Shown here piece by piece: positions 20,901-28,400 of a stretch of 64,000 nucleotides of DNA. Location: NCBI GenBank assembly GCA_902772905.1, contig CACYCL010000142.1:15105-79104 (forward strand). Direction: 5' to 3'. The notes under the pieces are model-generated. The model saw nothing but the letters and a program-made list of their open reading frames with translations, was not told the origin of the DNA and ran no database searches. Source of the DNA: an uncultured bacterium. GTDB taxonomy: Bacteria > Verrucomicrobiota > Kiritimatiellia > RFP12 > UBA1067. Each line of letters begins with the position of its first letter. Within the stretch, counting starts at the first letter, position 1. The position numbers were made by a program, and so were the translations under genes.

Positions 20901-23615
20901 CCTTATCTTGTAGCATCCGGCATTGGCGTACCTGGTGTCGGCGTTTACAACGTCGAAGTAGATCGTTCCCACGCCGTTCGTGTAAAGGGGCGAGAATATC
21001 ACCGCGCCTTCTACGTTGCGCATAAGCATGGTGCCCTGCTCGGTCAGCCCCGCCGCCGCAGACTCGGCCGATATCGCCTTCGCTGTTGACGAATTAGGTA
21101 GATAGCAACGTACGCTTCCCGGAATACCTCCGGCTAAGTACGTGTTGCCTATGACGACATCTTCCAGCGTCCACAACGCATTGGCATTGCCGCTTGAATC
21201 TGTGGTGTAAAGCACGTGGTTTGCATACGGCTTGACATACGGGAAACTTCCTATGTTTACACTGTGATCCACAGAATGTACCCAGTACGTAGAATGCACT
21301 GAGCTGTCCGTCTGCCAGTACGACTGGTCGGTTACGGAATGGCCGCCGGGGGCGGAGTCGTCGTTCACTAGCAGAACGCGCCCGTTCTGCGTAAGCCCGC
21401 CCGCGTCGCCCGCGAGATCTTCGTAGGTGATGTGGCCAACTATGAAGAAGTCGATGCCGTACTCAAGCGTTTCGTATATACCTTCCGGGTCGTGCGGACC
21501 AAACACCGCGCTGTACGAGCCGCCGGCGGTCGGGATGCCGCTCATTACCGCGCCCGTGTTGAGGTTCGTAACGTAGAGAAGCGCCGATGTGCCTTCTTTG
21601 ACCGCGCCCACGCTCTGAACCGCTCCTATCTCGGAATCGGTTGAATCCCACTTTGTCTTCGTGAGCGACGGGTAGGCCGTCCAGTAGTTCACGCGCTTGC
21701 CGTCGCGAACAACCAGGTCGAAGGTGCAGCTCGGCTGTGCGCCGGAAGGCTCGTCTACGGAGGCGGAGCGGCTTGGCGGCTCCTTGCCGTCGCGAACATA
21801 CCAGAAGAGGCGAATCACCTGCGAGCTGGTTGTCATGGTCGGCAGCTTTACCCAAATGACCGATTCGCCCGAAGTGTTCCAGTAGTCAACCTTGTAGTCG
21901 AGGAGAGTGCCGTCCGCATCGGTTATGGCGAGGTCTTCGCCAGTCTTGCCGGCGCGCGAGTAGAGGAAGCCGACAGGCGCATCCTCGGCAACCTTCAGCG
22001 CGTAGGAGTAGTCGGTGGCGGCGGCAGAAGCGCCCGCTATCGTTATCTCCACGTAGTCGCGGTAGACGTCGCCCGGACCGTTCAGAATCTTGAAGCTCGT
22101 AATTGCCTCGGCGCCGTTGTAGCTGTCGGTAGCCTCGATGTAGGCGCGCAGGTAGTAGGTGCCAACCTCCGTAGGCTTTTCGGCCGCCCACGGCCCAGTG
22201 GCAGATTCGCCATACCAGTACGTAGGCGCAACTGCAATGGAGACGTCGCAGCCCGGATTCGGCGTAGCCTCGTCGGGAGTGCCGTAGATCCAGTTGCGAA
22301 TGGAGAGGTTCGTTATCTTGGGCGTGGCCTTGCTGATCGTGAGCGTAACCGTAACCTCCTCATTGCCGCCCGTGGACCACTCAAAGCCGTCAACGAGCGT
22401 GACCTTGGCCTTGTAGGTTCCGAAATTAGTGCCAGCAACGCTTTCAACCACCTGACCGTATGTAGCCGAACCCTCGGTCAAGTCGGTAATCACATACGCC
22501 GCGTTCGCGGGAACCAACACATGCTCCAAGCCGTCGAAAGCAATCGCCTGAGAGACCGGCTTTGCGATTTCGCCAACGGCTATAACGCTAATTCTGATGT
22601 ACAGAACGCCCTGATAGCCGCTACCACCGCGTGTAGTCGCGCGCGCTGGAAGCGCACCACAGCCGCCGCCGCCACCGCCGTAGAATGTAGCGTCAGTTGC
22701 CGCTACGTTAAGGCCGTAACCGCCGTTGCCGCCGCCACCCTTGCCGCCAGCGATGGGGTCGTGCGACGCAGTGAACGACTTGTCGCAAAAGCCGCCCGCG
22801 CCGCCACCTGCATAGTAGATTTCTTCGCCAGTGATATCGCTTGCGCGACCGTCGCCGCCTACAGGGTTGGTCGTGGAAGCCGCAGCACCTGCAGCGCCTG
22901 CACCGCCGCCGCCGCCGCCGTAAAGACCACGGTTACCAGCACCGCCTGCATAACCCTGACCATTGGTTGCTGCGCCGCCTGGATGACTCTCACTTACCGT
23001 TGTACCTGAACGATAAGCTGAACCGCCGCCTCCGCTGCCACCGTCAAGACCATCGCCTTCACCACCGCCACCGCCTCCGCCGACCGCCGTGATCAGCGCC
23101 GTTTCACCAATGGAAAGCGTTGTGTTGCCGCCAGACGAGCCAGTGTATCGACCACGCGTTGCACTATGCAACTGCGACGACGCTCCACCTGCGCCACCCG
23201 AACCAACAGTAACAGAATACGTGGCAGAATCAAAAACACTAGTCGTCTCTACCATGCCACCTGCGCCGCCACCTGCGCCAGCACCATAATACGTTGTCAT
23301 CGCAGTGGAAAGAGTGCATATGCCTCCTCCGCCACCTCCGCCGCCGACCGCGAGAACTCGAGCCTTGGTCTTCGAGCCTTCGGGAAGCACAAACGAGCCT
23401 TCGCCGGTGAACTTGAGGAGCAGCTCGGTGCCGTTGAGCCACGTTACATCTGCCGCGCCGTAGTACTGAACTTCGCCGCCAGTCACCGTGGCGCTGCCAT
23501 CAAGAGCCTTTGCATCGCGTACGAGCGATGCCATAAGAGAAAGCACGACAAGAGCGCGCGCCCATAGCGCCGCCCCGCTCCTTTTCTCGCGTTTCTGGAA
23601 GCGATTACGCGTCAT
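14928..23615 (-). CDS. Giant secreted glycine-rich protein (about 2895 aa)
   Basis: One uninterrupted ORF. I moved the start to the ATG at 23615 (MTRNRFQKREKRSGAALWARALVVLSLMASLV, signal-peptide-like) with an AAGGGAG RBS. The N-terminal 350 aa carry poly-Gly and GGxGG tracts. The stop is 18 nt from the lipoprotein gene start. Confidence 0.75.
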   Translation of the reverse strand: MTRNRFQKREKRSGAALWARALVVLSLMASLVRDAKALDGSATVTGGEVQYYGAADVTWLNGTELLLKFTGEGSFVLPEGSKTKARVLAVGGGGGGGGICTLSTAMTTYYGAGAGGGAGGMVETTSVFDSATYSVTVGSGGAGGASSQLHSATRGRYTGSSGGNTTLSIGETALITAVGGGGGGGEGDGLDGGSGGGGSAYRSGTTVSESHPGGAATNGQGYAGGAGNRGLYGGGGGGAGAAGAAASTTNPVGGDGRASDITGEEIYYAGGGAGGFCDKSFTASHDPIAGGKGGGGNGGYGLNVAATDATFYGGGGGGCGALPARATTRGGSGYQGVLYIRISVIAVGEIAKPVSQAIAFDGLEHVLVPANAAYVITDLTEGSATYGQVVESVAGTNFGTYKAKVTLVDGFEWSTGGNEEVTVTLTISKATPKITNLSIRNWIYGTPDEATPNPGCDVSIAVAPTYWYGESATGPWAAEKPTEVGTYYLRAYIEATDSYNGAEAITSFKILNGPGDVYRDYVEITIAGASAAATDYSYALKVAEDAPVGFLYSRAGKTGEDLAITDADGTLLDYKVDYWNTSGESVIWVKLPTMTTSSQVIRLFWYVRDGKEPPSRSASVDEPSGAQPSCTFDLVVRDGKRVNYWTAYPSLTKTKWDSTDSEIGAVQSVGAVKEGTSALLYVTNLNTGAVMSGIPTAGGSYSAVFGPHDPEGIYETLEYGIDFFIVGHITYEDLAGDAGGLTQNGRVLLVNDDSAPGGHSVTDQSYWQTDSSVHSTYWVHSVDHSVNIGSFPYVKPYANHVLYTTDSSGNANALWTLEDVVIGNTYLAGGIPGSVRCYLPNSSTAKAISAESAAAGLTEQGTMLMRNVEGAVIFSPLYTNGVGTIYFDVVNADTRYANAGCYKIRVEVSVDGGTNYNAYAMKPFKRDNTAAFAPDQTDATELTLEITNGGTADNFYRVAVPVDNGGNVRFRIVRTAQIPNQTWTADEYGFIVVDNILVSYPKSTASLEPYGSFNNKLTGRQVRGWGGAMSVPFPKAGAKGVYARAKALVDTNVNAHVAVDMPIAWAQMNYRWRYLNQQTNEWQTINLRPSAGFTSIQPIDIPAVVGDIEFWYDYVVQVPAFKYYDYSGLGLDLNGADGSALYTEEVTASTNRQISVTGYTSLPSGGTDWFFRLRRGESDWEGFTLYVKESEDGEEKAYDMSLSANHIWRGFCPTRTAIDGGIYIRIAGNNRQEAGNTEYDLNTVRYSLAENARDLPATGVLAASDNDDGWAWHTVPCDAKSGQIMVQIQDDTLAYTVVHADYQDFNGWTDANKTDGKGIFVGTSSDTNSVNMSGTTAEAVTHESHFESWNISVPTNQYWQEAFYATKAELDGGSWPLYQPFGAAISPNTAFDVGPGQWVNGFYRDNNTGMALQMEGKGKGYIQLVDFTGAPRGLESVSFKARIAQDISFGDFSYFRTDATSLSTYTFMTAAAFDINGRRNFAGNASLSLVAHYTTGVGCYELRVEQENASINTAGVVSPGTTFRLSLYRWLYDDEQGEIVPTRLGTATHSNGNNMFNTTSEGGSYARLFISVDTSVDGQTRVVGGVARDSVARSSFFNSASYREVMYRDTSAERLTYGTYGLLSANCPARFMQPSYSASAVTYQASSSQNGFQQGTYTITPISTSARVLCREDLAAGKWAINKSRMEAVNTGDFNSYGINAKTPSTTVDVYTAPAGTTKWALLKSQEVSGFGSSSSSGATTTIPLYSLDPCSVRLQAGGGFKTARVDVTLDDIEFTQWRGESYDDENGDQLGVFDDLVYGSPTNIVFTQGWVRETVNSAGEKGKAVLLSAKRSYADVASSIRSPRMVGDGDKGLGLGQLGFTYENAQSNAVLLVQIATNGVPLSGFQSLTKTAEGSWTTFTNINFAAMSAAERASGTVRVYFGLHGVRGAMRIMVDPATVAAVEDVTDPTAFGEVTITGVMFRDEPVLDAHSWWGWNLRTTDDGALVSIDDNASDPLKNGLAFALNNSIVDDIRTDGSADEYKKKYPLLQTPTFATNMVNEVSFLARLYDPKAGTARVTLYGATYGDLSEESMWAKLTSWDITNTTYEAYAKRFPAGSAYKAFRLAVTGVDGVTEPMADEEPLVPAQRVLIDEVLVMEGIVASVSFRNVGAFRTGLEETTAVTNVPSAAQQPLVGEEWGVQCEVYASQLADEIDLSSARVRLWWYEQPAPWGFDKWRDLPDAKNAWLMEASDSNLVFRSGYFGASAAVMPAQKSMMPVQYMLEVIYRANGQPQTNWLSSAEWENPPWYRPIDYNAQYGNGSFSAYTLLDTVAPGWAWINEANVFGVYDDNYNNSDKPLQFVEVAAPSDASLSGWTLRFLDAKMSGSDPVRLTGVVTNDVAEFGMNGLPATKTELKGIDAESKMVFHVIGSPNAKGSLDASDGRLDGTWTVANATDSVMNGEIQSYYPLAVQLVRPSGVVESEIVVLGTNEWSYVSSFNPEYAAAMLSAQERGGDFIYVGADEGGVPAGNAWSRSVGVFAGNGSAAIQWNNTQLMTPGRKNEGQAITGEPPKARGGALMIYSIIQGDNLAQSFGSETNTAGSVTVVYRKGSEEGTNITYRAGRWHEIGTVTVNGMYATPVPTGNDREWTLSVGAATSNDITVVASAKVDSSLAERYGVGEDSRYRNAIVNWLVRGTDAYGNEWHNKDATELGLADKAEANGTVTTNMTLTEMYWFDIDPTWNDHDIRLCAGWSGSESPRPKSGSNDLTSRVYMQITNTAAGGPGWAPYILQGVELLENSWEYAKIESDLLWTNATFKVKGLLGVNGLSVDSAEERNWIPLRWFVFTPTSFDADFTSVVEILDPFSTESPGYSARWYEWAQTHGRPSSLFFKWDVSDRSMPTEAEIMKTANPCRPEE

Positions 23616-23671
23616 CCGCTCCCTTCTCAACTTTTCTTTTCGTTCTCTTTTTTCTTCGTTTCATTGCAAGG

Positions 23672-23698
23672 CAAAACGCCCTCTCGCCACACGAGAGG
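23672..23698 (-). promoter_or_regulatory. Leader hairpin followed by a U-tract in the 5' UTR of the giant-protein operon; attenuator or terminator-like
   Basis: Minus-strand RNA reads CCUCUCG-UGUGG-CGAGAGG (7-bp perfect stem) followed by GCGUUUUGCC. It lies between the predicted promoter and the RBS. Confidence 0.35.
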
Positions 23699-23723
23699 AC
23701 ACTTCACCTTTTCTATCGACGCA

Positions 23724-23753
23724 ATTATACCATTTTCTTATTCGCTAGGTCAA
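23724..23753 (-). promoter_or_regulatory. Sigma70-like promoter for the giant-protein operon (TTGACC - 18 nt - extended -10 TGGTATAAT)
   Basis: The reverse complement reads cTTGACCtagcgaataagaaaaTGGTATAATtgcg. It lies about 110 nt upstream of the ATG at 23615. Confidence 0.45.
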
Positions 23754-23822
23754 GCACCAACAATAGCTTAATCATGCGCCGAAGAATGCGCCAAACCCCT
23801 GTAAACATTGGCTGAAATGCAT

Positions 23823-25133
23823 TTACCGCGAGCAGAGCCTCGCGGCGAAATCGTTCAGCGCAAGGCAGTTGCGGCGAAACGCGCGCGCAGCCGCAGAATT
23901 GCGCCGCATCTCAAGGGCGCTTATGGCCGGAGCGTCAGGGCAGCCGCTTAGCAGCACAAGCCGCCCTGCGGCGATCTCGCGGGAGTCTTCGGCCGAAGGG
24001 TCGTAGCGCGGCGGCAACGAATGCGGCAGCAGCTTTACGAACCGCGCGCCAGGCGTTGCCTTGAGGCGGCGCAACGCCTCGCGCTCGCCCGGCGAGATAA
24101 AGCCCGATACTGGCACTCGCCCGCGCTTGGCCTCTTCGACTATTTCGGCTATAGCTGCCTCATGCTCGGCAACGGTCTTCTTCAGCGTTAGCCGAACGTG
24201 AAAGAAAAACGGCGAGCCTAAAACCGTTACGTCGCCGAAGGCGTGGTAGAACCTGGAAAGAACGGGGCTCCGCCCCGAACCCTCGCCAGCCGCCAACGAA
24301 CCGCGCGCTGCGCCCTCGCCAGCCGCGCCAAAGCCCAGCAGCTTCTCGGCTGGTATCGCAACGCGGCGAAAGCGGTCGGGGTGGCGAAGCCGCCAAATCG
24401 CTCGCGCAGGGTTCAGCTTTATGTAGCGCCGCGTTGCCTTGAGCTGCCGCGAATCGAAGGAGAGTTCTATGTAGCAGCTGCGGTCGAAGAACCGCTGAGG
24501 CTCTTTGCGCTCGCGGCCAGCGCGCCAGCCAGCAGTTTCAGCTGCTATGGCCTCGCGCATAAGCTCTGCCATTGTTTCGCGCAGCCCATTCGCCGCCGCG
24601 CCAGCTACTGCGCCAAATTGGGGTTCGGGGCGCGCAACGCTCGCGCCAACCGCCGCGCCAAATTGGGGTTCGGGGCGCGCAACGCTCGCGCCAACCGCCG
24701 CGCCAAATTGGGGTTCGGGGCGCGCAACGTTCGCGCCAACCGCCGCGCCAAATTGGGGTTCGGGGCGCGCAACGCCCGCGCCAACCGCCGCGCCAAATTG
24801 GGGTTCGGGGCGAAGCCCCGTCCGTTCCAAGTACCACTCAACAGCATCCAGCAACCTATGGCTAAGGTAAAGCGGGCTTACGCGGCGGTCGCGCCCATAA
24901 TCAACGATTAAAACAAAATGCAGGTGATCTGGCATTATAACGAAATCTGAAACCCCTACCGCCTTGTTAACTTGGTGCAGCGCCAGCAACGCCGCCTTTA
25001 CAACCTCGCCAACCGCGCTCAGCGCCGGCCTTGCGGTTTCATCGACCAACTTCGAGAGAATCTTAGCCCGCCCTGCAACAGTAAGCGTTACAAAGAAAAA
25101 CTGCCGCCCTGAATGGCTGTAATCAAGCTTCAT
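23823..25133 (-). CDS. IS200/IS605-family (RAYT-like) HuH tyrosine-transposase-like protein carrying an internal 5 x 15-aa tandem repeat and a roughly 200-aa C-terminal extension
   Basis: HuH motif VSDFVIMPDHLHFVLIV. Candidate catalytic Tyr context ATRRYIKLNPARAI, which is RAYT-like. Five ARPEPQFGAAVGA[SNG]V repeats sit between these two motifs. Confidence 0.6.
   Translation of the reverse strand: MKLDYSHSGRQFFFVTLTVAGRAKILSKLVDETARPALSAVGEVVKAALLALHQVNKAVGVSDFVIMPDHLHFVLIVDYGRDRRVSPLYLSHRLLDAVEWYLERTGLRPEPQFGAAVGAGVARPEPQFGAAVGANVARPEPQFGAAVGASVARPEPQFGAAVGASVARPEPQFGAVAGAAANGLRETMAELMREAIAAETAGWRAGRERKEPQRFFDRSCYIELSFDSRQLKATRRYIKLNPARAIWRLRHPDRFRRVAIPAEKLLGFGAAGEGAARGSLAAGEGSGRSPVLSRFYHAFGDVTVLGSPFFFHVRLTLKKTVAEHEAAIAEIVEEAKRGRVPVSGFISPGEREALRRLKATPGARFVKLLPHSLPPRYDPSAEDSREIAAGRLVLLSGCPDAPAISALEMRRNSAAARAFRRNCLALNDFAARLCSR
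24596..24815. repeat. 45-bp tandem repeat, about 4.5 copies, in-frame inside the RAYT-like CDS
   Basis: The unit cgccaaattggggttcggggcgcgcaacgctcgcgccaaccgccg repeats head-to-tail with only 1-2 substitutions per copy. Each unit contains the hairpin GGCGCG-caacgct-CGCGCC. Confidence 0.85.
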
Positions 25134-25214
25134 CTTGCACTTCTCTTTCTCCCATGTGCGCGTGTATTATACTAAATGCGTTTGCACGGAGCAAGGAGCG
25201 TTTACATTCCCTCC

Positions 25215-25372
25215 GCACCCGCGCAGGGAAACCCTTTGTCCCGTGTAGGGAACCCGTTTGCTCCGTGTAGGGAACCCGTTCCCCCCGTGTAGGGAAACCG
25301 TTCCCCCCGTGTAGGGACAACGCCCACCCCGTGCAGGGAGAGCGCCCACCCCGTGCAGGGGAGAGCCCCCGG
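25215..25372. repeat. Array of about 7 degenerate 22-bp tandem direct repeats (REP-like palindromic units) immediately 5' of the RAYT-like gene
   Basis: Units match ccgtgYagggRaMMcgYYcMcc. Examples are ccgtgtagggaacccgttcccc x2, ccgtgtagggaaaccgttcccc and ccgtgcagggagagcgcccacc. Several units form GGGAAC-cc-GTTCCC hairpins. There are no unique spacers. Confidence 0.8.
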
Positions 25373-25380
25373 GGGTGAGA

Positions 25381-25422
25381 AAACGGACAAAACAACGAAG
25401 CCGCAGGGTTTCCCCCGCGGCC
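25381..25422 (-). terminator. Rho-independent terminator of the GLUG-motif protein gene
   Basis: Minus-strand RNA reads GCCGCGGGGGAAACCCUGCGGC, an imperfect 8-bp stem, followed by UUCGUUGUUUUGUCC. It lies about 30 nt after the stop at 25454. Confidence 0.5.
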
Positions 25423-25453
25423 TCGCTGTTTGGCTTATTCGGCCTTGAGCAGC

Positions 25454-28400
25454 TTAGTTAGCGAACGGCGTCGGGCTGAGCTTGACCTCAATGAAGCCCT
25501 GCGTCGTGCCAGGCTTGGTGACCTCAACGCCAGTACCATCGGACACGCCCGTCTGAGCATTGCCGCTGATCGGCAGAGCCGTCGACGGAGTGACCTTGTA
25601 GTACAGGCCAGCAGGAACCGCAACCTTGCCATCGCCAGTGCCATCGAGGAGCTTCACAGCGTCGGTGCTGACCGTCGTCGTGACCTCTTCCTTGATGCCA
25701 GTCAGCGTAACGGTGTACTCTCCAGCTGTTGCGCCAGCTGTCGCCGTGAAGTTGAAGAGCGCCTTGTACTCAGCAGCGTCAGCACCCGAAGCAGCCGGAG
25801 GCGTGACCGTCACAGCCTCGATGGCAGCCGTATCGGACTCCGCCGCAACCGTCACCTCGACCTTGCTTGCACTAGGATCGATCACGGGAACCACCGGAGC
25901 CGCAGCCGTGTAGGTCGTGACCGTGCCAACGGTGGCCGACGTGACTTCCAGCCCCTCATCCGCCGTGATGGCAAACGTCGGGGTGGCCAGAGCCGTGTTG
26001 AACGCAATCGTTCCAGCAGCGGTGAACTTGAACGTTGCCGTCACACCATCAGCCATAACCTTGTAGGTATTGCCAGCCGCGAGCGCGTTGTCAGCCACGA
26101 AGGTGGCGACATTGCCGTCGACCGTCGCGAAGTTCAGGCCAGAGATGTTGGCGAAAGCACCCGCCGGAGCCGCGTCAGCCTGAGCTACAACACCGCCAGA
26201 CACCGTCGCCGACGTGTCATTCTGCATCGCAATGATCGTGCCGACCTTGATCGGATGTGTACCACCATCCGCCGTAGTATCCGTAGACTGGATTGTACCC
26301 GCGTTTCCGCCACCATAGATCGTGATTGCCTTTGATCCATAGCCAACGAGACCACCAGCACCATTGCCGGCATTGTTGCATTTCTTGCAGGTAATCGTGA
26401 TGTCACCATAGTTCCAGCAGTTCGTAAACGCCGCAGCAGCATCCTGCGCAAGACCGACGATACCGCCGATTTTCGGGTTGTCGTTCAGCGAGCAGACGAT
26501 GTTAACGTAGTTCGTGCAGTTCTCGAAGACGTTGCCGCCAGCAGACTTCACCGCAAAGCCGCCGCAAGTGTGCATCGCCGGCTTCGCCGTCGTGCCGATC
26601 GTACCGGTGGCCACGCAGTTCTGGATCTTCGAGTTCTTCATGTTGCCGGCGAAAGCGGAATAACCGTGTTCCGCAGCGGCCGTCTGTTGGATGTCCGTCA
26701 CATTAATTGTGAGATTCGAGATTGTGGAGTCCAACACCTGGTTGAAGAAACCACGATACTTGGCAGCGGTGAACTTCACGTTGCTGATGGTGTGTCCAGC
26801 ACCGTCGAACGTACAATTATTGAGACCAGAGCTACCATTGGTGCCACTTGCAGTACCAATGCCATCCCAGTATCCTAGGCTATCAGCATCAATGTCGGCC
26901 GCCAGCCTGAAGTTCTGGCCGGAGGTTCCAAGCTTGGCAACACCATCCTTGAATTTCACTAGTTCAGCAAGGTCGTCGATCTCATACGCACCGTTGACAG
27001 GCGCGCCGAGGAATGCAGCCCAGGAGTTAGGCGCGTACTGAGCCGTGTAGGTCGCATTGGCGACGGCGGCAACAGGCGTCACATCCCAGCCCGTGAACTC
27101 CCAGCCCTCAACGTTGTAATCAACAGCCGTCGGCACTTGCGGCAAATCGCCCTCTGCAACCGTCTGCGGATATTCAACGTAAGGCATGCCATATTTGAAT
27201 GTAATCGTATAGGTTACGACTGGCTTGTCAATGACCGCACAGAGTCCATCGACGGGCGTCTCGGCGAATACCTTGCCATCGACGAGGCAATCTGGTAGTG
27301 GGATGGCAAAGGCACCACCAGAGATGATTTTGAGCGTACCCTTATAGCTTGCGTCAATATCAATTGGCAACGCTTCGTCGCCCCAGAAGTTGCCGCCCGT
27401 GATTGCGAGCTCGCTGTTCACGGTCTCTTCATCGACGGGGAAGGTCGCTGTCGTCTGGTAGATGGCAGCGCCTGTGCTCGTGCAGTTGATGCCGCCGGTG
27501 CCAACGGAGTTAGTGACGATGAGCTTGAGCGCGCTGTTCGTGATGGCAGCGAACTCAGATGTATTCGTGAGAACGAAACCAGCGAAGTCGAGCGTGACTT
27601 CAGCATTGGCGGAGAACGTCATCGGCTCTTCAAGCGTCAGACCCTTCGCGAGAGTCAGCTTAGCTGCGGACGTGGCATTGTTAATCTTGCCAACCGCATC
27701 CGCGAACGAGGTTACTTCCTCAGCCTCGCCATCACCGATCTTGACGGTCGCAACCGGCTCTTCAAGCTCTTTGTCCGCTGCGAAATCAGGAGCTGTGCTG
27801 GTGAAGACAATGTCGGTGATCGAACCAGTGCCGTCGAAACCGGCCTTGGTGAGCGTCGTCTTGTCGCCACTCTGAATCAGAGACGGGAAGCAGTCGCCTG
27901 CCATCTTATCCAGATAGGCCGCCACCTTTGAAATGGGGTACTGCGACGAGAACGCCGTATCCCACTTCTTAGTGGACGTACCAACCGTAGCCTGGTCGAT
28001 ATAGATTGCGAAGCCAGGAACAACCGTTGTGCTCGTCGTGATGTTCTTTATCGACTTGATGGTGACGCGGTGGAATGCATCAGCGTCAAATCCAGCCGGC
28101 AACGCGCATTCGTATGTAGCCGCTGTCACCTGCACATCTAAACCAGCGGCGTAAGTGAGGCTACCGGCCTTAACCATCAGGTTCGTCGGGCCAGTGCCGT
28201 CCTCGCTCTGCAGCCACATGACGATCTTCGCGTTATCATACGTCTGAGTAGGCGCGTCTTCGCAGACCGTGAACTTCACGAGCGAGTCGAAGTAGATGCC
28301 CGTGTCGATGTCCTGAGCGGTGCCACCTGCGACAACGCTGACATCCAACGGGTTGCCGAACGTGGTCTTGATGTCAAGCGCCTTGGTGGTAGGATCCTCA

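Noticed and set aside
15256-21089. Several 350-700-aa ORFs inside the 2895-aa gene region (15256..16335 -, 16398..18383 +, 17146..18285 -, 18969..21089 +)
   Set aside because: They are other-frame or antisense to the long uninterrupted giant ORF. They are low-complexity R/G/A/V-rich with no recognisable domains.
24505-24870. Four overlapping 80-120-aa ORFs on both strands made of repeated peptides (PNWGSGRATLA, PRQIGVRGAQRSRQP and similar)
   Set aside because: They are translations of the 45-bp tandem repeat in non-coding frames. Only the long minus-strand frame is continuous with the HuH and Tyr motifs.
25123-25395. Possible CRISPR array, or the short ORFs GFPTRGERVPYT, over the 22-bp tandem repeats
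   Set aside because: Units are only 22 bp and directly abut each other with no unique spacers. They decay progressively, and no cas genes are nearby. The ORFs are repeat translations. It was called a REP-like tandem array instead.
25430-26335. 301-aa plus-strand ORF antisense to the GLUG-motif gene
   Set aside because: It is an antisense frame artefact that is Arg/Ser-rich and overlaps a well-supported secreted-protein gene.
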